NCBI RefSeq assembly: GCF_001194135.2 | Contig: NC_068982.1 | Location: forward strand, 185,375,493 to 185,432,776 | Direction: 5' to 3' | From: Octopus bimaculoides | Taxonomy: Eukaryota | DNA: 57,284 nt | Shown here: positions 23,953-35,804 of the stretch, one piece after another | How the letters are laid out: every line of letters starts with the position of its first letter | How positions within the stretch are numbered: position 1 is the stretch's first letter | Position numbers and translations under genes: made by a program | Notes under the pieces: generated by a model | Databases searched by the model: none | What the model was told of the DNA's origin: nothing | What the model saw: only the letters and a program-made list of their open reading frames with translations

Positions 23953-24265
23953 GTTTAATGTCTGCTCTCCATGCTGTTATGAATTGGGTTGGTTTGACAT
24001 AGAGCTGGCTAACTGGGAGCTGTTCAGACTCCAATTGTCTGTTATGGCATGGTTTCTATTGCTGGATGCCCTTCCTAACGCTAACCACTTAAGACTGTAC
24101 TGGGTGCTTTTTACATGCCACTGGAATGGGTGCATTAGGATATATTTTTCTCAGGCATATAATTAGTTTGACACAAAAATCAACCTCTCTTTTTGAAAAG
24201 AAAAAAAAAAATATTATTTAATGTGAGAAAAAAATTAAAATTTTGTTTTTTGTGTGTTTGTACAG

Positions 24266-24440
24266 TTGCCATGCTATTTCTGAAGACTATAGGAAAGATG
24301 TGGGTATTAAACTTTACTCAAGGCTGAAACCAAAGGAAGATCCCAATATCAAGATTGCTGCATTAAAAGCTATTGGAGCTATGGATTTAAGACGAGAGCA
24401 AGATTATGACTTGATCAAAGAGAACATAAAGTCTGATGAT
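24266..24440 (+). CDS. Host gene exon 8 (phase 2 to 0): (N)CHAISEDYRKDVGIKLYSRLKPKEDPNIKIAALKAIGAMDLRREQDYDLIKENIKSDD; HEAT-like
   Basis: Acceptor tgtttgtacag, donor gtaagt; 175 bp inside ORF 24243-24512; DPNIKIAALKAIG resembles a HEAT-repeat helix. Confidence 0.9.
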
Positions 24441-24714
24441 GTAAGTTGCAGCTTCTATTCATTTATGTTGTCAGGGTGGTGGGTAAACTTGAATAGCAAC
24501 TATGATGTGTAAAATCTGAAAAACAGCTGAGAAGTGGGTAAGTGTGAAAGACAGTGAGGCAACAGATTATCTATATGACAGCAGGGAGGTAGGTAAATGA
24601 CTGGCATGAAGGGGAAACTCTGTGACAGCAAGGAGGTGGGTAATTCTGAAAAATAAATGAATAAACCTGAATGACAAAAGGCTGGAGGATAACAGGTGAT
24701 ATCTGTGCTCTGAA

Positions 24715-25275
24715 AGTTACAAATTTGAAGATGGTTGATGACTTTACCTACCTGGGAAGTAACAGGACTTCAATAGATAAGAATGTCCAGATAAGGATTG
24801 CAAAAGCATGAAATGTCCTTGACAAACAGAATTATATGGAAGTCCTCCCTTCCTGAGAACATGATGAATAGTTTCTTCAAAGCAGTTGTTGAGACAGTAC
24901 TTCTATACAGTTCTTTGGCATGGATGCTGAATAAGACTTGAAAAGAAATTTGACAGCACATTTATGAGAAGGTTTCATACAGTTCTCAATCTTTCTTGTC
25001 AACAACACCCTACAAAGCAGTGACTGTATGGCAGTCTTCCTATTATTGCATCAGTTATCAGAGGAAGATGAACACATTATGCAGGACACTTCTGGAGAAG
25101 CAAAGATGAAGCATTCAGTGATTTCCTATCCAGGAAATCCACATACGGACATACAGCTATTGATCAAATTGTAGAAGACACTGGATATCAGGCTGAGAAT
25201 ATGAAAACTGCAATGGAAGATTGGGACATCTGACATGGAAGAGTTGCATTGGTCTGGCAGGTTGCCCAACCAGAT
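24715..25275 (+). mobile_element. Decayed RTE-type LINE 3' end
   Basis: VDDFTYLGS ... FFKAVVETVLLYS ... AGHFWRSKDE ... IDQIVEDTG ... MKTAMEDW, with stops and frameshifts. Confidence 0.75.
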
Positions 25276-25278
25276 AGG

Positions 25279-25322
<44 letters not shown>

Positions 25323-25382
25323 TTAACAGAATGAGATAAAAATCCAAGGCTGTAAAGATTTCAGAACATTTATAAATAGAAG

Positions 25383-25430
25383 GTCTTACAGCTGTTTCTG
25401 GGATATTTTATATATCCCTTCATCAGAGAC
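25383..25430 (-). ncRNA. Type I hammerhead ribozyme motif of a second family
   Basis: GUCU CUGAUGA A GGGAUAU-auaaa-AUAUCCC A GAAA C AGCU GUA AGAC; core, helix I, 7-bp helix II and palindromic helix III are present. The closing 10.1-11.1 pair is non-canonical. Confidence 0.7.
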
Positions 25431-25608
25431 GGTGTGAGAAAAAGGTTAAGCAATAGTTATTCTAGATAAGATATGAAATAGAGAGTGAAGTGGAGGAATG
25501 AGAATAGATGTGAGATATGTAGGGATATTGTCTATTTTCATTCCTCCACTTCACTCTCTATTTCATATCTTATCTAAAATAACTATTGCTTAACCATTTT
25601 CTCATACC

Positions 25609-25656
25609 GTCTCCGATGAAGGGATATATAAAATATCCTGGAAACAGCTGTAAGAC
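25609..25656 (+). ncRNA. Hammerhead motif on the opposite arm of the hairpin, core mutated (CCGAUGA)
   Basis: GUCU CCGAUGA A GGGAUAU-auaaa-AUAUCCU G GAAA C AGCU GUA AGAC. Confidence 0.55.
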
Positions 25657-25899
25657 CTATTTATAAATGTTCTGAAACCTTTACAGCCTTGGATTTTTAT
25701 CTCATTCTGTTAATTTTTTTTATATATATACATGCTGACATATAACCTAATGTTGGACTCCACATTTGCATAATCACCGAACTTGGAGCTTAACTATAGT
25801 CTGTCCATAGCATTTACTCAGCATTACCTGACACCTTTGGGGCTTCTTGACACCATTACCTCTCATAACCTATGTATATATATATATACATATATATAC

Positions 25900-26122
25900 A
25901 AGATGAGGCTGGACCACTTCCTGTCAGGTGTCCCAGATGAACTAACTTCACGGCAGGAGGGGCAGATGAGAGCAGCTGCATCAAACTCTCTCATGCACCA
26001 AATGTCAATTCCTGAAGTAAAATTTGTGAAGTAAAATTGTGTAGCAACACCAAATGGCGGTGCCCCAGCATGGCCACAGTCATGAGCTGAAACTAGATAA
26101 AATGAAAAATGAAATGAATGAT
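25900..26122 (+). mobile_element. 3' fragment of the same CR1/L2-group LINE family
   Basis: KMRLDHFLSGVPDE...RAAASNSLMHQM aligns by eye with KTKLDAFLSTIPDE...RAAMSNSLIHQM, and the 3' tail motif is the same. Confidence 0.8.
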
Positions 26123-27175
26123 ATATNNNNNNNNNNNNNNNNNNNNNNNNNNNNNNNNNNNNNNNNNNNNNNNNNNNNNNNNNNNNNNNNNNNNNNNNNN
26201 NNNNNNNNNNNNNNNNNNNNNNNNNNNNNNNNNNNNNNNNNNNNNNNNNNNNNNNNNNNNNNNNNNNNNNNNNNNNNNNNNNNNNNNNNNNNNNNNNNNN
26301 NNNNNNNNNNNNNNNNNNNNNNNNNNNNNNNNNNNNNNNNNNNNNNNNNNNNNNNNNNNNNNNNNNNNNNNNNNNNNNNNNNNNNNNNNNNNNNNNNNNN
26401 NNNNNNNNNNNNNNNNNNNNNNNNNNNNNNNNNNNNNNNNNNNNNNAGAATCCACTGTCACATATAGAAAAATAAATAAGTAAAAGTACAAAAGATAAGT
26501 ATAATATAATGCAAAGTAAATATCATATAATAAAGATAATAAAACGACTACAGGTGTTTCATAACCAATTTTCAAATAGAAAGAAAATCTAAATCAATTA
26601 AAATCAATTAAAACTATCGAAAATCAATTCTATTCAAAAATATAGCTAATCTTCAGGTCAAAATACAACAATAATAATAATAAAAGAATGTATATATCAA
26701 CCAACAATAAATAACAAATGAATGTATATAAAATACTTATTATATTAAGATAAAAAAATATTATTAAAAATATCAAAATTATAAACATCCCATAATCAAC
26801 ACTACGTCTATTATAATATAAGCTAACAGGAATATTGTATGCAAAAACCAACTTAACGAATTTTTCATTTAAAATACAATTTGAATGAAGTTTTAGGTTA
26901 AAATAATAAAGATAGAATTAGCACAGATCTAAACGATGCAATAGTTTAAGCTAGAAGATTATAGACTAAAAACGTTTATTTAAAAGAAATCTACTGAAAA
27001 TATTGCGTAAAGAAAAGGAATAGAAATAAAAATATGAATGAAAATATTATTATGAATGAAAGATTAAACTTTATATAACTTAAGTCATAATAAAACAATT
27101 AATGATACTGTGTAATCAAAGAAATTAAATTATATATATATATATATATATATGCATATATATATATATCATCAT

Positions 27176-27605
27176 CGTGCGGGTGGCACATAAAAGACAC
27201 CATTTCGAGCTTGGCCGTTTTCGTGCGGGTGACACGTAAAAGCACCCACTACACTCTCTGAGTGGTTGGCGTTAGGAAGGGCATCCAGCTGTAGAAACTC
27301 TGCCAAATTAGATTGGAGCCTGGTGTTGCCATCCGGTTTCACCAGTCCTCAGTCAAATTGTCCAACCCATGCTAGCATGGAAAGCGGACGTTAAACGATG
27401 ATGATGATGATCATCATCATCATCCACACACATCCATTTTCCATGATGCTGGCCTGAGTTGGATGGTTTAACAGGAGCTGACATGACCAAGAGCCACACC
27501 AGGTATTTCATTGCCTGTTTAAGCATGTTTTCTACAGCTGGATGCCCTTCCTAATGCCAATCACTTTACGGAGAGTACTGGGTGTTTTTACATGGCACCA
27601 GCACC
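27176..27605. mobile_element. Tail-to-tail pair of family-C SINEs with (GAT)n tails
   Basis: 27176-27410(+) ends catggaaagcggacgttaaacgatgatgatg and 27412-27605 is an older minus-strand copy. Other copies lie at about 1946-2028(-), 3025-3600(-), 11890-12330(-), 23961-24125(-), 28070-28197(-), 31145-31340(+), 34395-34497(+), 48595-48706(+), 55240-55825(+) and 57151-57284(-). Confidence 0.85.
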
Positions 27606-28739
27606 AACAGGATCATAAAAATACCTTGCAAGACAAACCCCCTCACCTGGGCGGGAGGAGTAGTATTGAGTAGAGTTTGGTTTTGTGCCAGTTGAAAGGT
27701 TAAAGGTATGGAAGGATAGAGATAGGTGTCTTGCTGTAGAGTAGATACATGGATATCCCTGTTGGAAAAGAGTGGAGAGACAGCACCACATAAAGATATA
27801 TAGAGTGACTGATTACTTTTTCCTTAACTCCGAAAGGAATTACCTATATTGAAGTATCATCCATCTTTACTATGGCCCATGAGAGGATATATGTTATCTA
27901 CTAGCCGGTACAGCACTATAGGTATTCAGTATCTTAGTAGCTTGCATCACTAAATTATGCCTCCCTAAATTACTGATATAGATATAAATGTCAACGAAAT
28001 CTTCTTTCTTATGGTACATATTTCTAGTTAGGAGGACCAGCTAGAGCAATTAACTGTATTTCTATATCATCATCGTCGTCGTCGTTTAACGTCCGCTTTC
28101 CATGCTAGCATGGGTTGGACGATTTCACTGAGGACTGGTGAAACCGGATGGCAACACCAGGCTCCAATCTGATTTGGCAGAGTTTCTATAGCTGGAAACT
28201 CTAATTTCTAGGTGATCTAGGTATATAGGTAAACTGTATTTTAAATGTGGTAACCAGATATTGCTAGATGGATTATGTTTTGCAGTTCAACAAACCTCCC
28301 ATTGTATTCACTTAAGAAAAAGTGGACTTCTTACAGTAGTCAATTGCATCTTATAGAATTTTCAAGCATGTTCTTATAGCATGTTCAAGCATTGAAAGAA
28401 TAAAGTGCAGCATCTATGAACTTTCTGTAGGAAGTCTTCAAAACTGGATGAAACCAGAGACCTGGTTTAAATGACTGAAACAGTTAGCTTTTTTAATGGT
28501 ATCCAATGATCAAAAAGTGGTGTTAAACTGGGCAATGGATTAAGTCTGATGCTGAAAAAGAGGCACAGACAGTTTTTGTTGATCCAATTTTACAAAACCA
28601 CATGTACAAAATGAATGTCTTAAGCAAACAACTGTGCTCAGTTGGTTACCATGAAAATGAAAGCAGATAATATGTATGAGAGTTTTATGGATTAAGATAA
28701 CCATTATAAGACAATACATAAGTGAAAGATTAAAAGTTT

Positions 28740-28927
28740 AATCCTTTTTGGGAATTGGTTCTATAAAGTTATAAAAGATAGCATGTAAATATATGGTTGA
28801 AAAATCCTTTTTGATAGAAAGAGTTGATGGCATCCTTTGACTTTTTTATCCAAAAGGACTTTCCAACCTAATATTTACATTTATAACTTTACATATACTT
28901 TGAAAACCAATTCCCCAAAAAAGGATT
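28740..28927. repeat. Hairpin/MITE-like element with roughly 85-bp inverted arms
   Basis: aatcctttttgggaattggtt...gatagaaag is inverted as ctttttatcc...aaccaattccccaaaaaaggatt; loop about 19 nt. Confidence 0.7.
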
Positions 28928-29004
28928 ATTCTACATTCTCTTGAAAGTTTACACATTCTCATGTCAATAAAAAATTAATGTTTCTCTATTTTGTTTTTTG
29001 GCAG

Positions 29005-29079
29005 ATTGATGTGTCTACTGCTGCAGTAGAGCTGAAAATATTGTTTAAAATCCCAGATGATGTCAGAGAGGAATCAAAG
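29005..29079 (+). CDS. Host gene exon 9 (phase 0 to 0): IDVSTAAVELKILFKIPDDVREESK
   Basis: Acceptor ttttgttttttggcag, donor aag/gtaaat; 75 bp, open. Confidence 0.85.
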
Positions 29080-29863
29080 GTAAATAATAGTGTACAAGAG
29101 ACAGATGTGTGGAATGTGGAGAGAATAAGGATAGTATGACCTGTTGGTTGTGTGATGATTACTTATATGAGAGGCTGAACACAAGGGAGCTAAAAAAGCT
29201 GTGTTGGTGGTGGTGTTTCACCTCAGGTCAGCCCTAATTAAGACGAGTTATGATCAAATGTTTTCCTGCTGCAAGCTTTCCTGTCTTTTTGTGTATCATA
29301 CTTCACACTCCAGTTTATCTTTTTTTATTTACAAGTGTGGAGTGTTATTGTGGTGGTGGTGAGATTTGGCTATTATTTCTAGCAGGCCAAGCCACCCTCT
29401 CTCTTCTATATTATCAGGAACCATGTAGCTCTTTTACAGTAAGAAACCGCTTCAGTTCTAGTCCTTTCTCTCTTACTTTAACTCTCTTGCGTGCCTCTCT
29501 CTCTTCTATAACCTCACTCAGTCAAAGGGATATTAGTCTTGCAGGCTGCATGACAATCTCACTAGTGCTGGTGTCACAAAAAAAGTACCTGGTATACAAT
29601 GAAATATGATTGGTGTTAGGAAGGGTATTCAGCCATGGACGACCATGCCAAAACAGGCATGGGAGCATGATACACTTCTTGGACTCATCACTTCTTGTCA
29701 AACTGTCTAACCCATGCTAGCATGGTACCCAAAACCACATGGTTTTGGGTTCAGTTCCATTGTATGGTACCTGGGCAAGTGTCTTCTGCTGTAGCCCAGG
29801 GCTGACCAAAGCCTTGTGAGTGGATTTGTTGGATGAAACTTGAAAAACACCCAGTGAGTGTGC

Positions 29864-29910
<47 letters not shown>

Positions 29911-30109
29911 TGACATTGCAAAATACAAGTGGTGTTATTCCCATCTTCTGTAAAGACATATCTAATCATGATGAAATATTATCTTGCATGGAAACAGGTG
30001 AGGGTTGGTGACAGGAAGAGCATATGGCTGTAGAAATTCTGCTTCTTTAAATTCCATCTGAATCAGGCAAATATGGAAAAGTAGATGTTAAAATGATGAA
30101 AGAACAAAA

Positions 30110-30370
30110 GTGGATTCAACGTAAACTTGGCTAAGACTAAGGTGTTAGTAAGCAGGAAAGAAGGATTTATGTACCCTTGCTAAAAAAAGAAGCAGGGAGG
30201 ATATCCATATACTGTACCTAGTGTAAGCTATGGACACACAAGTGATACGATAGAATCACAGACAGGATAACAGAGAAAGCAGACACACTGTGTGCAGATA
30301 CACAGAAGCAATAATCACTAAGTCCATGCCAGAAATAGATTTTACAAAATGTTCAGTTGGTTCCCTAGAA
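30110..30370 (+). mobile_element. Decayed RTE-type LINE fragment
   Basis: FNVNLAKTKVLVSRK followed by ...CSVGSLEV, as in the post-YADD region of RTE elements. Confidence 0.45.
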
Positions 30371-32264
30371 GTATATGTATATGTGTGTATATATATTTGT
30401 ATCTTGCCAAACCTACATTTGCTGACACACTTTGCTGACCCTTCCCATTATATATCTGTTGAATACCTTACCTCTTACAATCATCTCTCCATTCATTTCA
30501 ATCATCTCATCCTGCTATCTCCTATCTCTCCTATCACCAATAAAATTTGGAGACTATAAATGCTTGCTCTGCATATCACCCTTGATCGCTCTGCCTCTTC
30601 CCATCCTTCACTAGACTTATGTATGAGAGAATACACTGGTTCATCATCATCATCATGCTACCTGTACCACCTTACTTTTCCCAGTCACCCTATCAATCAT
30701 GATGCTTGCTTGTGCACTCACTGTTGTCCATCACTTCCTCTCTTCTTTTTCTCTCAGTATCCCTTCTCTACAGCTTCTTTCACATTAACACCCCACTCCC
30801 TTGATCCCTACACTTTTGTTTCAATGGCTCTCACTGGACTCTTGCCACCCTCATTTATTTTCATTGTTTCATATTTCCTTCTCACACATCTTCCATCCTG
30901 TCCCGCACTTTCTCACAAACCACAGACCCTTATCCTTTCTTTTCCCCCTGTTCTTTCAGTACACCCTTCCATGATTGTGACTACTCTGTTACTATCTCCA
31001 CTACCACCCCTTCATAACTATAAATTAGTTCATTTCATAATACATTTTTCATCACTTCGACTAAAATCACCACACTGTCTCTCACTACAATTCTCCTTCA
31101 GTTATAGCCGTCCTACACACACACTTTGAGCCCTTAGCCTTGCAAGTTCATGGTGACCTCCCTAGTTCTGGTACCATGTAAAAAGCACACTTTACACTTT
31201 GTAAAGTGGTTGGCATTAGAAAGGAGTTTCAGCTGTTGAAACCATGCCAAAACAGACACTGGAGCATGATGTGGTTCTTTGACTCAATGAATTCTGTTGA
31301 AACATCCAACCCATGAAGCACAGAGTGGACATTAAATGATAATGATATATTTTTGCATCAACAACTTTGCTTTTTTACCTTTCTCTGAATAGATGAGCTT
31401 CCAGGTAACCATGTCAATGGGTAGGCTTTTTGAATAAAACAGTGCTAACTTGTTGCATTCTGTATTAAACAAAACCAGTGCAAATCACTCTGCAAGTCCC
31501 TTCTTATAGCTGTTTGGTACCTACTTGACTCCTAGAATTAAGAAACAATTACCTTTCATGTGTACAATTTAAACTGAAAACTAAACAATGCTAAGTGAAA
31601 CAAGAATAACAGACCGAAATAATCTGGTGACATTCTAACTTAGAAGCAGATGATAAATTGACCTGGTACTGAAAATAACGACATCATATGATATGATTCA
31701 TGTTACATAATTCTGTGGCATCTTATTCATTTTTGTGAGCATATATCTATTGGTTTAGTTTTAAGTGAATTATCTGCTATCTGGTTATACATGCCTTCTA
31801 TTACAGTTGTGGAGAACTTGTTTCCTTTATAGATGTGTTATTTTCATGGTTGACTTCTACAATATATTTGTTCCCATTTTAAGACAGGAGTTGATTTGGG
31901 TGAGATATTGCTAGCAGGACTCTTATTGAAAGCCCCAAAGTTAAATTCTTTGTTTTGTTATTGTTTAGACCAGTCATCAATGAGGTTCCAACTTTGACCA
32001 TCCTGACTTTTTTCTATTATCATCATAGTATTTGTAAAACTATAGATGTAAGGGAGAGAACTGAAAGAGTATTTTTTTCTTTTTAACGTTTTGTAACAGA
32101 AGGAGTGACTTCTTAGGAGTTTCATTGGTGGTTGCTATTTTGTTGACTCAGCTTGATTTTAACTCTTACTAACCTCCTCACAATTTTGCTATGAATTAAA
32201 ACAACAACAACAACAACAACAACAATAAAAGCCAACAACTAATCGTTTATTTTAACAATTGAAG

Positions 32265-32322
32265 CCAAAAGTGGAAGTTGCAGTTAGACAAAAGCTACCA
32301 AGGAAGCAATTGTCCGGAGAAG
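32265..32322 (+). CDS. Host gene exon 10 (phase 0 to 1): PKVEVAVRQKLPRKQLSGE
   Basis: Acceptor tttattttaacaattgaag, donor gtaatg; 58 bp gives the phase 0 to 1 change needed before exon 11. Confidence 0.75.
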
Positions 32323-35026
32323 GTAATGAAATTTTGTGTGTAATTTCTTTCTTAGCTTAAAATATTTGTTGTTTTCTTTTAAGGTTATTCTAGTGCATTA
32401 TAGATAATTGATATACACATGGCTGTTTTTGAAAGAAGTTACTTTACAACTGTATGTATCTGAGTTTAATCCTACTGCAAGGGATCTCATGTTTTCTATC
32501 AGAGCCTTGTAAGTGAAATTTGGTAGATGAAAACTTTAGAAAAGCCTATTGAAAGGACTGTGCCAGTTCTTGGACGATAGATTTAGTCCATTGCCCAGTT
32601 AAACACTACCATCTCGATCTTGTGTGCCTTTAGAGAAATATATTCTGTTGCAAGCATTCAGACCAGTTCCTAAATCTTCCTACCATTATTCTCAGAGGCT
32701 CTGGAAAGAGTCATGGGCATTGACCTTCCTTCTGTGATTAAATGAGAACAGAAAATTATTCTCACAAGATAGAATAAAAGGCAAAGTAGGTCTTGTTGCA
32801 AATTTGAGCTCAAAACACTAAAATGCACTGAACCAAATAGCATAAAACTTGAAAAACATATTTTACCGTAACTCAAGAATTTATGTAGAGGTCATATTAT
32901 GTGCTTATGCAGTCAAAGACAACCCTTTCAATGGCTAGTGACAAGGGGGACCTCTTCATTGCAACCCCAATCTTCTGGATGAAGTTAAATAGACAGAAAT
33001 TGTGTGCAAACCAGTGAGATGGATTGTACAAGTTTTTTGGGTGGTGGCTTTAATTTGCTACCTCCATTTATTTGATTTATGTGAAGTTCCGTTATTAACA
33101 GTATTCAAACGAGGTTCATGTGTTGCAGTTTCTTCCTTTTTTTCCTTTACTAGTCTTTGAGACCTGAAAAGGTGAAGAGAACTGTCTGTACTGCTGACTA
33201 AATCATGTTAAATATAGAGTCAACTAGAACCAAAGTGGTTGATGGAAGATGCTCTTCTTGAGTTAAACAACTCCAACTTGACAGAATTAGCTACATACAT
33301 TTGATAATCATTGTTTGAAGATAAATCCTATGTTAGTAACCTCTCATTCAATAAATTTTGCATAATAAAATAAATTCATGCACCTTGGGATATAAATTTA
33401 TTTTATTATGCAAATTTATTTCAGTTGGATATTTTTGGAAGAATGATTCTTTCAGTATTTAATCTATTTAAAAACTAATTTAAATGCATTTGATTAGACT
33501 GAGTCACTCAAATCCTAGCCATTAGGAAATCTTGTTTCATCTTTTCTCACTATTCTATTTGTGGTCTCCTGTCTTTCTCAATAGACCACAAAGTAGTATC
33601 AATCTGTAAATTTATGAACACTTTAATAACATTAATGGAACGAAACAGATATTTCATATATGTAGAGAAGTGAAAATCTTAATATTGTGACATTCATACC
33701 TTTCCCAAGAACATTAGCTGCTTATTGAAACCATGTTGCTCTCCTTTTACTCTCTGACTTACTCTGTAATAAATATTATAAATGTACATAATCACATTTT
33801 AGTCCTCACTGCGTTGCATTCTATCACATTTTCAGCTGGCAGATTACAGAGAATGTCAAGGGGTAAGTTTCTCAGTAACTTCTCAAAGTTGTTGAATTCT
33901 TTTTATTTACTTCTTTGCACTTTCTGTGTTGTATGTCACACCCATCAGCATCTACTGGTTTGGTGAGTTCACCAGTAGTCACCTATCAGTGCAGGTCCAG
34001 TAGGACTTACTTGGGAGCACTGAAAAAATTACCACCATTTGCCATCAGGTGGAGTTCACTATTTTCACATGCTACTGTAATGCTGCAACAGTTCTATGGC
34101 AGTATGTCTTTTGACCTACTTCTAGTTCAAGTACCATAAACCAATAAATAAAGTCCTCTCATATGTTATGCCAAACTACTTAAATTCCTTTTTGCAGCCT
34201 GTCTCTGCAGCTGCTGCTCCACATAGTCTTTCTGCATAATACAGGTGCAACATCAATTTTCAGGAATCTTTAGTTTCAAAACTTTTCTAGATTACTGAAT
34301 TTTCTGAACTGGAGTTGGTCACCTTGGTCAACACACTTTAAATTAAACAAATATTAAATTTCTTTAAAGAATTAAATAAAATACAGACACGGGGCCTGGT
34401 GTAGCCATCTGGTTTCACCAGTCCTCAGTCAAATCGTCCAACCCATGCTAGCATGGAAAGCGGACGTTAAACGATGATGATGATGATGATGATGATGACA
34501 CCTGGACATTAGTGTAAATTAATGTGGATTATAAGAGGTTTTGAAGCATCAGTCTCTTGAAAGTCAATGTTGCATCTATACTATCTTCCAAACAGCACCA
34601 TTTATTCTCATCACAAATCTAAACTATTGAAATCACTTCTTTCTGTCCATCCCCCTCATACTATTCTTCTCATTCTGTAAACAAAATAAATAGCAGCTGG
34701 GATAAGAATTATCTCGTGGGTTTTTTTTTCCATGTCAGTCATTGTTCTTGAGCTCTGGTTAGCTCTGATCAAGTGAATCTACACTTGAAAACATTCCAGT
34801 CATGATCATCTTATCCTATTTTCAGGTATGGTGCATCTAAGACCATTTTATCTTCACATTTTTTCTAAAAATGGTTGGATGTAATTTGAGAGAAATTTGA
34901 CAGCTATTTTTAACAGAACAAATGACCATATTGAGACTTTCTGGTTTGTTTGTCGAGTAGTGTGTAGGAGGATATATTGAGACCTCTTCATTGTTTACCT
35001 TTTACACATTTATATTTCCTATTTAG

Positions 35027-35804
35027 GTATTGAATCTCAAATGCCAAAAACCAAGGTCAAAGCCGAAGGAGGTCCTGATCAAAAACCTTTTGCGGGAACT
35101 GGAACAGAAGTTGACTCTGCTAAATCAAAAGAGAGAAAAACAGCAGGGGAAGACAAGGAAAGGACAAAAGGAATTCAGAAACCAGGAAAAAAAGAAGTAA
35201 AATTAGTAGCAATGGAAAAAGGAAAACAAAAAGATTATAAAGGAAAAATATCTGAAAAAGAAAGAAAAGTACAAATAGAAACAACAGAGAAAGAAGAATT
35301 AGAAAGAAAAAAAGCAGAAATATTATCAATAGATGAGGAAATATTAGCACAGAAGGAATCCAGAAAATTAACACTGGCAGACATTGAACATTTGCTTCAG
35401 AAAACAGAATTGGAAGGGCTGACAGAAGAAGAGGAGGCAAGACTTGCAGAGCTTGAAGCAAAGAATCTGGAAACTGAAATGGCTTTAAAATTGAATAAAG
35501 AAAAAAGAAAGAGATTAGCAGCACAAATACCTAGTTCAGTAGATGAGGAAGCTGAGAGTTTGACAAGGGAAGAAGTTGAGAGTTTGACAAGGGAAGAAGT
35601 TGAGAGTTTGACAAGGGAAGAAATGGAGAGTTTGACAAAGGAAGAAGCTGAAGAATTAATGAGGGAAAGAGCTGAAATAATGGCTGGGACGGATGAAGAT
35701 CGACTTTTGGCTGAGAAAGAAGGATTTGAAAGATTGTCAGCAGAAGAAATTGAGGGTTTGGAATATGTGGAAGATGTTCAGAGTTCAGCAAGAGATGCAG
35801 AATG
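35027..35804 (+). CDS. Host gene exon 11 (phase 1 to 2): about 259 codons, E/K-rich low-complexity and probably coiled-coil, with ESLTREEV repeats
   Basis: Acceptor tttcctatttag, donor TG/gtaaga; contains ORF 35041-35808, whose stop codon is intronic; TG plus the next exon's G gives Trp. Confidence 0.9.
35554..35649 (+). repeat. Coding minisatellite, 24 bp x 4 (ESLTREEV)
   Basis: Unit gagagtttgacaagggaagaagtt starts at 35554, 35578, 35602 and 35626; a degenerate fifth unit follows. Confidence 0.95.

Larger units (their letters stand above)
25320..25716. repeat. Long inverted repeat (arms about 190 bp, loop 20 nt) of a Penelope-type terminal repeat sequence
   Basis: 25320-25509 is the near-identical reverse complement of 25530-25716; one hammerhead per arm; (TA)n flanks. 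Confidence 0.9.

Noticed and set aside
26545-26590. Minus-strand GAAAC-ACCT-GTA, like the 3' half of the hammerhead at 25383
   Set aside because: There is no CUGANGA core and no helix I partner upstream.
26640-27060. Possible decayed Penelope GIY-YIG tail (RSKRCN..., NVYK...)
   Set aside because: Only a few short motif resemblances in very AT-rich sequence; a profile HMM or tBLASTn search is needed before calling it.
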